From Octopus sinensis (taxonomy: Eukaryota): a stretch of 44,391 bases of DNA. Below, in pieces: positions 10,586 to 22,885 of this stretch. The DNA is taken from NCBI RefSeq assembly GCF_006345805.1, contig NW_021834916.1:1-44391 (forward strand). Direction: 5' to 3'. A program made the translations under genes and the position numbers. Within the stretch, counting starts at the first letter, position 1, and every line of letters starts with the position of its first letter. Under the pieces are notes generated by a model. That model did not search any database. It was not told the origin of the DNA and saw nothing but the letters and a program-made list of their open reading frames with translations.

Positions 10586-11892
10586 AGGTTAACATACTGC
10601 ACTACTGATTATTTAGTCATGAGTTTCTAACATATTACAATTCATCTACTCCTGTGCTGTGTTACTAACTGTAGGTCACTGACAAATGGGTTCCATACTT
10701 ATTTCAAGAAATTTTTTTTTAAAAAACAGGCAAATGAATGGAAAACAAAAGAATTTGGAATTTGGTTATTGTTTGTCCGTTCTTTTGTGTGTCATTGTCA
10801 CTTGCTGCAAGCTCCCCTCTCATATTCTTCCATTTTTCTATTTCTTCCTTCATGATATCTGATGGCGTCTGTTTGTTTACATATGTTCAATAGGCCCAGA
10901 TTTCTGCTAAATTCTATAGCTATTCTTATTGTTTGATAGACATTCTGTGAGCCTTTATTTACCATTAGAAATCACTGTTTACATTGATTCTGTTATCATC
11001 ATCATGTGCATATATCTGTAAGTTAGCATGCAGTGTTCTCTAGTTGTAGATTTCTGCATTAAATGTTACTGAACTAATTATATATTCTATTAAAACTTTA
11101 CACTATTCTATTAAAACTTTACAATCTTTGGTACTCTTTCATTATCATTCCATCTAATTCTTATACTGAAATAAACTTATCATTTTGGTTAATTTGCAAT
11201 AAACCTGCTTAATTTGGTCAAGTAATTCTGCAGAGAAATAAATCATATAAATTAGGTTTGAAGTAAACTAAATATTGCAGAAAAAAGAATTTCATTTATA
11301 ATTTTTTATTTGTATTTTATATCATTTGTATTTTATATCATAAAATCAAAAATTAAATATAAATCTGCTTAAACATTATATATATGTGTTTATAGGTCTG
11401 TGTGTGTGTAATCAGAGATCTCTGCAATTTAAAAGAACTCGATGTTAAAAACAAAGTTGGTATAAATTTATTCAATGTTACATACAAATTGGTCCCTTGA
11501 TTTTTAAAAGAGACTGTTTCCTCTGAAGAGTCATGATCTGTAATGTTGACCACTTTGTAAAGAATCATAATAAATAAATTTATTCCAGCACATATATTCT
11601 CATATAACCTCTGGTAAGTGCTAGCCTGTGGTGACTCAAACCATGACTAACTCTATTCTGCATACCATACAAATATCTATATTAGCCTCTTTATTTTTAA
11701 TAGAGTTTAATATGTGTAACTATCTTGCATTAATGGAAAGCTGTTCCATTAAATGTGTGTGTGTGTGTGTACACACACACACACACATAGATAGGACTGA
11801 TCTATGATTTTCTTTAATTCCCTTGTATTTGTGTATGTTTTTCCTTTATTTTGTTATATTAACGAAATTCTCTCTTTGTTTATCATCGCCAG

Positions 11893-12231
11893 CCATTTTG
11901 AATCAATGAAAGACAAAGAAGAAGACAATGAATCCGGACGAGGTCCATCACTTCCTCAATCTCCTCACTCTGTAGAAGGAGCAATAGGTGGTCCATCTCT
12001 TCCTCAGTCCCCCCACTCTGTTGAAGGAGTAATAGGTGCTTCAGCTGTTAATTTCTTTGAGTCTGAAGTGAAACATCTTGGAGACGTGTCACTCTCCCTA
12101 TGTGGTGGGCTTACTGAGCCAGATGGTGTCACCCTCAAAAAATTCATGCAGAAAGTTCTTACCTATGATGACCTTTGTGAATCACCATCTCTAATTAATA
12201 ATCCAGACCTGATAATCAAAATTCATGACCA
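11893..12231 (+). CDS. LPIN: Lipin internal coding exon (linker plus start of the middle/M-Lip domain)
   Basis: Pyrimidine tract and AG at 11891-11892; donor CA|GTAAGT at 12232. Encodes ...SLSLCGGL...TYDDLCESPSLINNPDLIIKIHD, resembling the lipin middle domain (human lipin-1 recalled as AISLCGGL...DNPAIIDDPNLVVKIG). Ends in phase 2 and joins the next exon in frame. The 5' boundary is less certain than the 3' boundary. Confidence 0.9.
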
Positions 12232-13210
12232 GTAAGTTTGTTATTAATTATTTCTAGAAAGTTTTCTGCCTATGTTCCCTTTTGTGAGACTTAAATTCAT
12301 TCAAGATCTGTCCATATGATCATATCCTCCTATTTCATTTATATCATTGTTGTAGCACTTCAAATCATTGTTAACATTGTGTAGTCAGTATTTTCTCAGA
12401 TATTTCCCATGGTAAATGCCATCCAACTGGAAACTGAACACCTTTGATTTTTGTCCTCACTGATTAGCTGTAATTACCAATGTAATGTGACCCATCTTGT
12501 ATTATTTGTCAATAGATCAGTACTTTGTAGTCCATTAATGTCTTTAAACTGTTCACTGTTCACTCATTTATGAAATCATGTGATAGCTTCTCTTTTAGCA
12601 CTGTGAGCCTGGATTGTTGAGTCAGAGTCAAAAGTTTTGTCAACTAACTCTTCAGTCCTACTATAAACTAACAATATTTCTATCTGGTTTAGACCTCCAT
12701 GAGAAATTTAATCCCTAGCTGATACTAGAAATGTGTAACAGGTAGTATCACTGACTTTAAGGCAGACTTAAATTCATTGGTGGGTTATGAAGTGAAGTTC
12801 TTTAACAGTTAAACATCTACACCAATGTTTGAACTTCTATGTAAAGATAACCAGAATATATCTACTAGCAAAGTTGTACAGATGAAATTCATCTAGAAAA
12901 TTAAGAACACTGGACTCAACAATTACCCCAACAACAACTAGAAATGTTACAGTTTGAAGAAACATCAAACGTAATATTGAAAAATATTATATAATGATGT
13001 TACTATATTGTGAATTGTCACATGGCCAATTACTCTTTCAAGATAGCAGTATAATCATTTACTGGTGTGTATTATATTCTGAAAACAACTCTGGAGAAAA
13101 GAAAATCAGTGTTCATTTAGATAGTTATTGTGCTCAAAAGTGAACTAGTGCAAAGCCCATAGCCTTTTTTTCTACTCCCATCTACCTCTTCTGCATTTCA
13201 TTATACATTG

Positions 13211-13263
<53 letters not shown>

Positions 13264-13278
13264 TATTATTTATTATTA

Positions 13279-13490
13279 TTCATTTAACATCCACTTTCCA
13301 TGCTGGCATGGGTTAGATGGTTTGACTGGAACTGGTAAGCTAAAGAGTTGCACCAGGTTCCAGTCTGATTTGAAATGGTTTTTATGGCTGGATGCCCTTC
13401 CTATCGCCAAGCACTCTGATAGTGTAATGGGTGCTTTTTACATGCTACCAGCACAGGTACCTTTTACATGACACTGGCAACAGTCACACA
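13279..13490 (-). mobile_element. RTE-family 3' end fragment next to (TTA)n at 13215-13279
   Basis: tttaacatccactttccatgctggcatgg...ggctggatgcccttcc matches the 3' UTR of the RTE copies at 22882-24620 and 39811-41427. Confidence 0.8.
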
Positions 13491-13538
13491 ATAAGAAGAG
13501 TGTGATGTGATTTGTAATAGATATTCTTTATTTAATGG

Positions 13539-13586
13539 TTTGAGCAATATTTCAACAGATCGTCGTTGGTCTTCTTCAGGTTCACA
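13539..13586 (-). ncRNA. Decayed minimal hammerhead, same family as 15353-15400
   Basis: Minus strand TGTGAAC CTGAAGA A GACCAA..ATCTGTT GAAATATT GCTCAAA. Core intact, stems partly mismatched. Confidence 0.55.
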
Positions 13587-14454
13587 ATGTAAAATGAAGC
13601 CTCTAATATGCTGGTAACTTTTATGTAACACTTTTAAAATACCAGCAAAATTTTGATGCTAGTTAATCACAAAAGGAATTTTATGACAAATTTTACACTG
13701 GCTGCTAAAATTACATATGGAAGTTCGACTTTCCTTGCTAACTTTAGCTATGTCATTTGCGATTTCCTTTAATCATGATTAATTGCAACCACATTTGACA
13801 TAATGGCATACAAAAACATTTGCATGTTTCCAGTAATCCCCTGTACCAATACAGATCTGTTTTATTCTCAGAAATTGAGATTTTAGATTTTACCTAATTA
13901 TATGATGTGGATGATCAGAGCAGTGGTGAAGGTAAATGTGAGCTGACATAGACTTGCAAGATAACTCTGTCACTATTCTGTCTTCTGAAAACTTAACTTT
14001 TGTGTCTCAAAGACCCAGTGCTAGTTTTTGAAAGACTAGACAAATTTTATATTGGACTTAAAACCATAGTTTTTTGTGTAACAGTGACAGAAATGCTAGA
14101 AATTAACTAAACTGTCTTGTGGTCCTTCCCAGACAAGAAGGATATCATCAATGAACCATAACTAGAGTATTAGTTCATGACCATGCAGGGATTTGACTGT
14201 CTTCATTAATTGTGTCTCAAATTTCATCATGAAGACTTTAATGAAATTAACTGCCATGGCAATACCCATGGTGCAACACTTGTTTGGTGGTAAAATTTTT
14301 GTCCAAACTTCATTGTGCTACTTTGTAACGCAAACTTCAATAATTTACAGAGAAAATTAGATGGAATACTTTTGTTTGTCATTTTTCAAAGGCATTCATG
14401 CATGCTAGCACCTCCCCACTTCCCATCAGGGTCAATATTGGGGTATAGTGAAGA

Positions 14455-14737
14455 AACATCCATGGTTACCAAAAATCTGTTTCCAATACTACTTCAGCTG
14501 CAGGGACATAAACACATCAACAGTGGTTGTCAAGTAGTGGTGAGGGACAAACACAAACACACACACACATACATGATGGGCTTCTTTCAGTTTCTGTTTA
14601 CCAAATCTACTCACAAGGTTTTGATCTACCCATGGCTATAATAGAAGACGCTTGCCCAAGGTGCCACACTGTGGGACTGAACCTGGAACCATGTGGTTGG
14701 GAAGCAAGTTTCTTACTACATAGCCGCATCTATGCCT
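14455..14737 (-). mobile_element. tRNA-derived SINE, same family as 7627-7987
   Basis: The reverse complement shares caaccacatggttccaggttcagtccc...ttgggcaag..tcttct...gaaactgaaagaagcc. Confidence 0.82.
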
Positions 14738-15352
14738 AGTTTATTTTTGCCAAACTTCTTAATGCTTGGGCAGAAGCTCAATCCAACATCTAAGACAGAG
14801 ATATTGTCTTGTGAAAGATTTAGCTTAGATAACCAACTTGTTCTCTAATGTGATGGATTTTCTTCGGCAAGTGTTTTCCATAGTCATACTTTCATTTGAT
14901 TTCTGACTATCTTTTGGTTTTTGTTTGAATTATTCACTTAAAACATGGAACCTATCGGGTGACAAAAATTGTTGGGAATGTTTATGTGAGAAGTCAAACC
15001 CTTAGTCATCTTTCTAGGAGTAATCCATTTTTGGATGGGTGGGTAATAAAAAGTGAGTGACTTCTTTAGTTTTTGTTGGCATTTGAAAATTTTTTATTCT
15101 AGAAAAGGAACAAATTTATTGTTCTCAAGGCAAAATTTTAAATGAGGAATGAATAAAATGAGAGGTGAATTTCATCACAGTTACACAAAACTATTCAACT
15201 AAGTATTCTTTTTCCTATATTTTCTTTTTTCTTTTTCCTTTCATCAGTTATGAGTGTGAAAACTAATGATGTCCTTCTATCTAAATAGGAATGCAAGATT
15301 TTGTCATTTATATTTTTAATTTCTGTGTTTCAGCAGTTTTTTCATTTTACAT

Positions 15353-15400
15353 TTTGAACCTGAAGAAGACAGACAATGATTTGTTGAAATATTGTTCAAA
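15353..15400 (+). ncRNA. Type I minimal hammerhead motif, core intact, sense to the lipin intron
   Basis: TTTGAAC-CTGAAGA-A-GACAGA caatga TTTGTT-GAAATAT-T-GTTCAAA. Stem I is a perfect 7 bp; stem II is 6 bp with two G-U pairs; palindromic AUAU replaces helix III; triplet AUU. Confidence 0.72.
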
Positions 15401-15482
15401 CTGTTAAATAAACAATCTCACAAATTGCATTGTGCTTTTCTTAAGGTTATTTATTATTATTCACAATAATAATAATAATAAT

Positions 15483-16518
15483 ATGAATGGAGGACTCCAC
15501 CCAAGAGTAGGAGTAGCAAGATTATACTTACCTAGAAAAGAAGGTGGAGAGGGTTAATATCAGTAGAAGACTGCGTGGAGTTAGCTAAAGTAGATATAGA
15601 CTCCTATGTAGGTATTAGTGAAGAAAGTTAATTAAAAGCTGCTAGAGTCACAGCAAGACATAGGGAAAGCAAAAACCCAAATGAAGTTAAAAATGAACAG
15701 AAATTATCTGACTTGCAGGAGAAGGCGTTGCATGGTAGATTCCAAAAGATAGTTGCAGCAAATGGCTATGGTTGCAGAAAGGAAAGCTGAAAAGGGGAGA
15801 CAGAAAGTTTGTTAGTAGCTGCCTAAGCTCAAGCATTAAGGACTAATTGGATAAAAGCCAAGATAGACAAAAACCAAGTAGATTCCCAATGTAGGTTATG
15901 CAAATCAAAAGAGGAAAGCGTTACTCATATAGTATGTGAATGTATTCACAGAAAGAATACAAGAAAAGACATGACAACCTAGGGAGAGTAATCCACTGGG
16001 AGTTGTGTAGAAAGCTAGGATTTGAGCATACTAATAAATAGTATGAACATGAGCCTAGTAAAGTACTAGAAAGTAAGAAATACAAGATGTTGTGGGACTT
16101 TATCATTGTGACTGACAGAGTAATAGTAGCTAGAAGGCCTGATATAGTAGTGGTAGATAAAGAGAATAGAAAGTGTCAAATAATTGACTTTACAGTCCCA
16201 AATGATGAAAAATCAATATGAGAGGTATAGAAAAATAGCAAAGTACCAGGACCTAGCCATTGAATTACAGAGACTATAGAAAGTGCAGGTAAAATGTATC
16301 CCAGTAGTTATAGGTGCATTGGGAACTATCCTTAAAGATCTAAACAAACAGATGGATGAAATATACATAAAACCCAGTTTAGTACAGCTCCAGAAAGCAA
16401 TGTTATTAGGGACTGAGAGGATACTTGGAAGGGTTCTTGGCGTCTAAGGTTACTTGTTGTGGCTCAATGTTAGGATTTTTTCTTTTCCAACAGTCTAATC
16501 TGTTGTGTGTATATAAAA
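15483..16518 (+). mobile_element. R4/Dong-clade non-LTR retrotransposon, 5'-truncated, in (TAA)n
   Basis: Frameshifted translation RLYLPRKEGG, CRLCKSKEESVTHIVCEC (CCHC), YKKRHD, LWDF..TDRVIVARRPDIVVVDK..IIDF (restriction-like endonuclease), IPVVIGALG. TAA repeats on both sides. Confidence 0.9.
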
Positions 16519-17097
16519 ATAATAATAATGAATTTATGAAGATTGATGTTACTCTTTCCAAAGGTCATCATCATCATTTAATGTCCATCTTCCATGCATG
16601 CATGGGTAGGATGGATGAGAGGTGCTGGCCAAGTAGAAAAACTACCCTAGGCTACTGTGTCTATTTTTGCAGGAAATTCTATAGTTCGATGCCCTTTCTA
16701 ACACCAACCACTCCACAGAGTGGACTCAGTGCTTTTTACGTGGCATTAGCACAGGTGAAGTTAGTTTTGGCATGATTTTTACAGCAGAATACCCTTCCAA
16801 ATGCCAACCACATTACAGTGTGGACTGGATGCTTTTAACGTGGCACCAGCACTGGCAAGGCAACCAAGTAACTCACAAGGCAAGGAAATATGAGAGGGGC
16901 AGGGCATTTGAGGAGGAGAACTTGTGTCAGAGGGTGAAAGGTTAGAGTGTGACAAAGAGACAGAAAGACATAAGCACAACAGAGGAGGCATTAGAGGAGG
17001 TGATTCAGTATCAAATGATGAAATGTTAGAGTGTAACAGAGAAATAAAGAGGCAGAAATAGGTGTCTTGCTATAGAAGGGGTACATGGTTACCCAGT

Positions 17098-17131
<34 letters not shown>

Positions 17132-18239
17132 GGGGAGAAAGAGGTAAAAGAAAGAGAACAGAAACAAGTGTGCTGATGTAAAGGAGATACTTGGTTACCT
17201 AGTCAGGAAAAACAAGAGAAGGAGAGAGAGTGACCAAAGGGAATGAGCATAGAAGAGAGATGATGTAATAAGTAACAAGAATATGAGCGTTGAACCTGGT
17301 TAGAAAAATAGGGTGTATGTGTTAGGGGTGTGGGGAGCAACAATGCAGTGAGGGCATTGGAAAACAAAACATAATTTATGAAGAGGAAATGTGAGGAAGA
17401 GAAAGATGCAGTTAGAAGAGTTGTAGTTCGATTTCTTAGGGTAGAGTGAGTGAAAAGTGTGTTGGTACATGTGGGTTGGACACAACTTTTCTAGCACTCA
17501 GTTTCATGGATGGGTCTTCTCTAGAACCTCATGTCACCAAACATCTCGGTCCACTGTCATTTCCTCCGTGAGCCCCAACCTCCTAAGATCAGCCTTCACC
17601 ACTTCATCCTATATCTTCCTGAGTCCCATCCACTCTCAGTGACTGGCACTTCTGTATACAGCTGCCTTCACTCATATGTATCACATGTCCAAACCAACAC
17701 ATTCTCCTCTCCTGCATACCACATTTAATCCCTCTTATGCCCAGCTTTTCTCTCAACACAGTTGTGCTTTGTCAGTCATGCACTCTGATGTTGCGAATCC
17801 AACAAAGCATGCTACTTTCATTCTTCTCCAGCCTATGCATGTCCTTCACAGTCAGAGCCCATATCTCACTACCATGTAACAGCTGTTCTCACACAAGCAT
17901 CATACAATCTATTTTTCACTCTAAGAGTGAGTCCTTTTGCTGCCAACAGAGGTAGTAGTTCTCTGTACTTCCTCCACCTTATTCTTATTCTAGAAACATT
18001 ACTTTCAGAGCATCCATCACCATTACTAATTTGGTTACCTAAATAGCAGAAACTATCTGCTACCTCAAGAAAGCCTCCTGGGCATTTGAGAAAGTCCTTC
18101 ATACTCTTAGTGTTCCTGCGTATCTGCCACACACAAAAGTGACCTTATCTGAAAACCTATTCAAAACCAACTTTCACCTTACTGACAGCATCACTGAGCA
18201 TGGCCTGAACTACACTAACAAGCCATTTCTCTACTCCTA

Positions 18240-19531
18240 CGAGGGGCGTTCAATAAGTAATGCCTCTGACCCACTTGCAGTTGTTTGATCTAGCTGAAAT
18301 TTTGCATGTGCAATTATTTATATCTCTATAGATTAAGTGGCAAATTACAGCTCTGAACTAATTGTGGTTTTCGATTTACAGGTGTTTGAACTGAGTCAAG
18401 TGTGAAATGGAGCATGTTGAGTGTCGAGCAGTGATCCGGTTTTTGTATTTGAAAGGACGCACACCACGGGAGACTTTTGATGAAATGAAAGTAACTTATG
18501 GTGATGATGCCCCATCATATGACCTTGTAAAACGCTGGCATCATGAATTCAAACATGGTCGGAACTCTGTGGAAACAGCTCCCAGATCTGGTTGCCCCCT
18601 TCTGCCATTGATGAGGCATCTGTCTGTCAAGTTGAGGCTGCCATTTTGGAAGATCGACGCATAACTATTTGCCAAATAGCCCATGAGGTCAAGATTAGTA
18701 CCGCATCTGTGGAAACTATCATTCATGACCATTTGCATATGCAAAAGGTGTCTGCCAGATGGATTCCCAGGTTGCTCACACCTTTCCAGAAGCAAGAACG
18801 CGTCGATTGCTCGAGGATGAATTTGGAGCTGTGCCAAGAAGATGAGTCAAAATTTTTCAAAAGACTGATTGCATAGGATAAAACCTGGGTCCATCACTAT
18901 GATCCAGAGACCAAAGCCCAGTCAATGCAGTGGAAGCACCGTGACTCACCTCCTCCAAAGAAGGCAAGGATGCAGCCCTCCGCTGGCAAGGTCATGCTTA
19001 CAGTCTTCTGGGACCAGGACGGAGTAGTGAAGACAGATTTCCTGGCAAAGGGTGCCACAATTACAGGAGTCTATTATGCTTCACTTTTGAGGAAATTAAG
19101 AGAAGCTATCAAAATCAAGAGGCGGGGCAAGATCAGCAAAGGCATCCTCCTCCTGCAGGACAACACTCCGATCCACAACTCGCGTGTCGCCAGATCAGAA
19201 GCACAGGCGTGCGGCTATGAACTCATCCCCCATCCCCCCTACTCTCCTGACCTTGCACCCTCTGATTTTCGCCTCTTCCCAGCCATGAAGTTGTTTTTGA
19301 AAGGAAAGCGTTTCCCAGATGATGCAGCCTTGATTTCTGAAGTCACGTCGTGGTTGGAGGACCAAGCTGGGGTCTTCTACAAAAACGGTCTTCAGAGCTG
19401 CATCAAACGATGAGAGAAATGCGTAACTCTGGGTGGTTCCTATGTAGAAAAAGACTAATAACTATTCCAAGTTTCGTTGCTCTACTGCTATGGGAAGTGG
19501 GTCAGGGGCATTACTTATTGAACGCCCCTCG
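18240..19531 (+). mobile_element. Mariner DNA transposon (DD34D, irritans/Hsmar2-like), full length
   Basis: 37-bp TIRs with 1 mismatch (cgaggggcgttcaataagtaatgcc[t/c]ctgacccactt); TA at 18238-18239 and 19532-19533; 1292 bp. Confidence 0.96.
18407..19458 (+). pseudogene. Mariner transposase pseudogene
   Basis: WIPRLL, DKTWVHHYDPETK, LQDNTP and YSPDLAPSDF motifs (D34D spacing counted). One frameshift at ~18595, TAG at 18874-18876, TGA at 19411-19413. Confidence 0.94.
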
Positions 19532-21143
19532 TAGCTTCTTTGGAGACCACTAAATAAGAGAGTTGAGAACCCTGTCAAAAGCTTTCTCCAGGTCAACGAA
19601 GGCTAAGTACAATGGCTTACTTTTAGCCAAATACTTTTCTTGCAACTGTCTCACTATGAAAATGGCAAATTGTATCTCATCTAATTTAATTCTATCCCTA
19701 ATTAGTTGAGATATAACACTCTCTGTAATTTTCATGACTTGATCCAGCAGTTAGATACCTCTGTAATTGTTTCTATCTAAGACACCACCTTTACCCTTGT
19801 AGAAGCTGACTATAACACAGCTACACCAGTCTTTGGGGATGATGCCTTCCTGAATAACCTGATTATCTATGCAATTGACTAGGCTGTATCCAACACTGCC
19901 TGATATTTTAATAATCTCAGTAGTGACACGTGATGGTCCAGGGGCTTTCCCAGTCTTCATTTTCTTAATTGCCTTATCCACTCTGATGGCTGGTCCCTCA
20001 ATTAGTTCAATATTTGAAAGACTCTCCTTCTCCCAATCATTCTCCACATTTAACAACCTTTCATAATGGCATCTCCATGCATCTTTCTTCTCTGAGTCAC
20101 TAAGTGCAAGCATACCATTATCCACTCACGCACATTCCTCGCCTACCATATCTCTCTTCTCTCTGATAAATAAAACACAAGCTGATTTTGTTTATTGAGC
20201 AATATTTCAGCAGTATGTCTGTCTTCCTGAATGCACCAAACACAACTTGATTTGTGTTAGTTGCACAACAGAAACATTAAACAAAAAAATTTAATGAACT
20301 TAGGTATGATATCAGTCCTTATACAATAACACTACTTCAATGGAACTTGTCAAGCATTTTATTCTAAACAGCTGCAAATTTCACAAACACCTTAAATATT
20401 CTGACTTAACTGAAATTTCAGTCCTCAAAACGCATGATGTCAAATATATTTGTAAGTTACTAGTGCCCCGCCCTGGGGAAATGAACAAAATTACAGGAGA
20501 GTTCCATCAAATTTATACAAATTTTTTTGACTAAGAGTTTTCTTTCCTTTTTCTTGATTTGACCAGTGAAACTTGATGACATCTTTTTGTCTAAGATGGA
20601 ACAGGATAGTCCAGCAGAATTTTTGAATTTCTTCATTTATGTCTATTTTTCATTTTTCACGTCAAATTTTGCCCCTAAAGAAGACAAGCATATCGTTGGA
20701 GTATTACTGGGTCAATGAAATAAGAACCAGTCAAGTCCTATGTAAAATGTAATTGACTTGCTCCCTCTCCTCAAAATTTCTGGCTTTGTGCCAAAATAAG
20801 AAAGAATTATTGTTAATGGTGTTATTTCTATAACTACTACTACAACTATTACTACCACTATCAATTCATTTCCACAAAATCAAAGATCAGTTTTTCATAA
20901 AGGCAAAGTATAATCACTCAAATACATATTACTGACAGCATTTTATTGTGCTTGGAAGAATGACAAAATCAATCTCAGATTTAAACACAAAACTTAAGAC
21001 AATATTCAGCGTTGTAATGTATTCTCATCTACCCACAAAATAATATAGACAATTATAAAAGAAAAATGTATCCTTCATATCCTTTCATATAGTGTATGTA
21101 TGTGTGATGAAGGATATTTAATAATGTGTGTGTGCATGTGTGT

Positions 21144-21488
21144 GAAGGTGCATGACTCAATGTTAGAGCATCGGGCTCACAATCATGAGGTAGTGAGTTC
21201 AATTTCCAGACTGGGTTGTATATTATGTTCTTGCTTGAGCAGACACTTTATTTCACATTGCTCCAGTTCAGTCAGCTGTAGAATTGAGTTGCAACATCAC
21301 TGGTGCCAATTTATGTCAGCCTTTACCTTTCCCCTGGATAACATTGGTGGAGTGTAGAGGGGAGGCTGGTATGCATGGGCAACTGCTGGTCATCTGTAAA
21401 CAACCTTGCCCAGAGTTTTGCCTCAGAGGGTAACTTTCTAGGTACAATCTCATGGTCATTCATGACCAAAAGGGGAAGGGTGTCTTTA
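21144..21488 (+). mobile_element. Diverged tRNA-derived SINE
   Basis: B box-like GAGTTCAATTTCC; central block ttgagca..gacactttatttcac.ttgctccagt shared with the SINE at 38276-38603. Confidence 0.7.
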
Positions 21489-21491
21489 CTC

Positions 21492-21540
<49 letters not shown>

Positions 21541-21715
21541 ATGTATATATATATATATATATATATGTTAGAAGGTTTGGAAATGATGTACAGGTATTAT
21601 ATATTAGAAGAAATGAGGTACTCAGAAATCTGGATGGTTTTATATTTACAGATATTTATTAGTATGTTACATGTTTTTATAAATCATATATCATATATTA
21701 ACGCTTTTGTCCACT

Positions 21716-21770
<55 letters not shown>

Positions 21771-21868
21771 TACATATATATGCACATAAGAATTTAGAAA
21801 CTGAGAGAATGTGAAATAATTCATTTTAAACGGTTGAGCTCAAAGTAAGATAAAGCTATAAATAATTA

Positions 21869-21909
21869 TGTGTAAATATTATACATATAGACATATATTA
21901 TATGTATAG

Positions 21910-21943
<34 letters not shown>

Positions 21944-22004
21944 GTATATATATATATATGTATATATATATGTATATATATATATATGTATATATATATA
22001 TGTG

Positions 22005-22035
<31 letters not shown>

Positions 22036-22084
22036 GTATGTATCTATACATATAATATATGTCTATATATATAATATTTACACA
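21869..22084. repeat. 44-bp inverted repeat enclosing a TA/TG microsatellite, directly upstream of a lipin splice acceptor
   Basis: 21869-21912 versus the reverse complement of 22041-22084: 43/44 identical. Confidence 0.9.
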
Positions 22085-22113
22085 AATTTTTGTATCTTAT
22101 TTTTGTATTTCAG

Positions 22114-22183
22114 ATTTTACAACTGGCAAACAGCTGCCCCGGTTATTTTATCCATGATCTCATTCCAGAAGAACCTGCCTTCG
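22114..22183 (+). CDS. LPIN: Lipin internal coding exon (middle domain core)
   Basis: tttttgtatttcAG|A acceptor and TCG|GTAAGG donor; 70 nt. CA+A completes Gln, then [23 protein letters not shown] (lipin-1 recalled as YYNWTTAAPLLLAMQAFQKPLP). Confidence 0.95.
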
Positions 22184-22817
22184 GTAAGGAGTTTTAGATC
22201 ATCTTAGAAATTACTTGTACCCGTCAGACATTTCATAGTTAATGATACATGTTCAAAATCTGATGGGGCTGGGGGAAGCATTGCATCACACCTGTAACCT
22301 AGATATTCCTTCAGTTCTTGCCTCAAAATTTGGTTGATCGCATTACACACAAAACATAAAAGAAAAAGCAATGGCCCTAATAATTCCTGTAATTATCCAG
22401 AATTGCAAATCCATCCAGCTCCACCACATATGCATGTCAAAGGCTTCTCCAATAAAATAAATGACATCCCAAACACCACACTCAAAATCTTGTTAACACT
22501 ATTAACTCCACACAATAAACCAGTCATAGCTAACTCTAATGTACTGAAGAGTACTAATGAGATTTTCCATATGTTATTCAAGTACTTGTCATTTTCATTC
22601 TCTTAGATCCTTCAGTAATAATACCTCTTTCCCTAAGTATGATATCCAAGCTAACCCTCTGTCTCCATCTCTACAACCACCTATAAGAGAATTACTCCAA
22701 TAGAAACAATAGGGACTGTACACATCATTGTCTGGGTGCATGCCCTTATTCCAATATGCTCAGGTGGGCTAAATCAAAGACACTGTATATATGTGTGTGT
22801 GCATGTATGATTATGGG

Positions 22818-22881
<64 letters not shown>

Positions 22882-22885
<4 letters not shown>

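Larger units (their letters stand above)
16565..20160 (-). mobile_element. Older RTE-clade LINE, internally deleted and interrupted by a mariner
   Basis: KAPGPS, YKGKG..DRNNYRGI, RQLQEKY..LYLAFVDLEKAFDRV and DSFCYLG motifs; 3' UTR with (TGA)n tail at ~16565. The reading frame resumes across the mariner (WSPKKL|GVEKWLV). Confidence 0.88.

Noticed and set aside
11083-11342. Short tandem duplications (21 bp at ~11083-11123, 16 bp at ~11309-11341)
   Set aside because: Ordinary slippage in an AT-rich intron.
11517-11655. CTGAAGA-GTCATG...CATGAC hammerhead-like half
   Set aside because: GAAA, helix III and the stem I partner are absent; at most a truncated relic, so it is not counted.
11804-11892. 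Hydrophobic signal-peptide-like N-termini of ORFs 11804 and 30294
   Set aside because: These are polypyrimidine tracts of introns read in frame upstream of the splice acceptors.
22220-22780. Overlapping short ORFs after the second lipin exon
   Set aside because: No recognisable motif or lipin similarity, and the flanking exons already join in frame; probably an unclassified repeat remnant.
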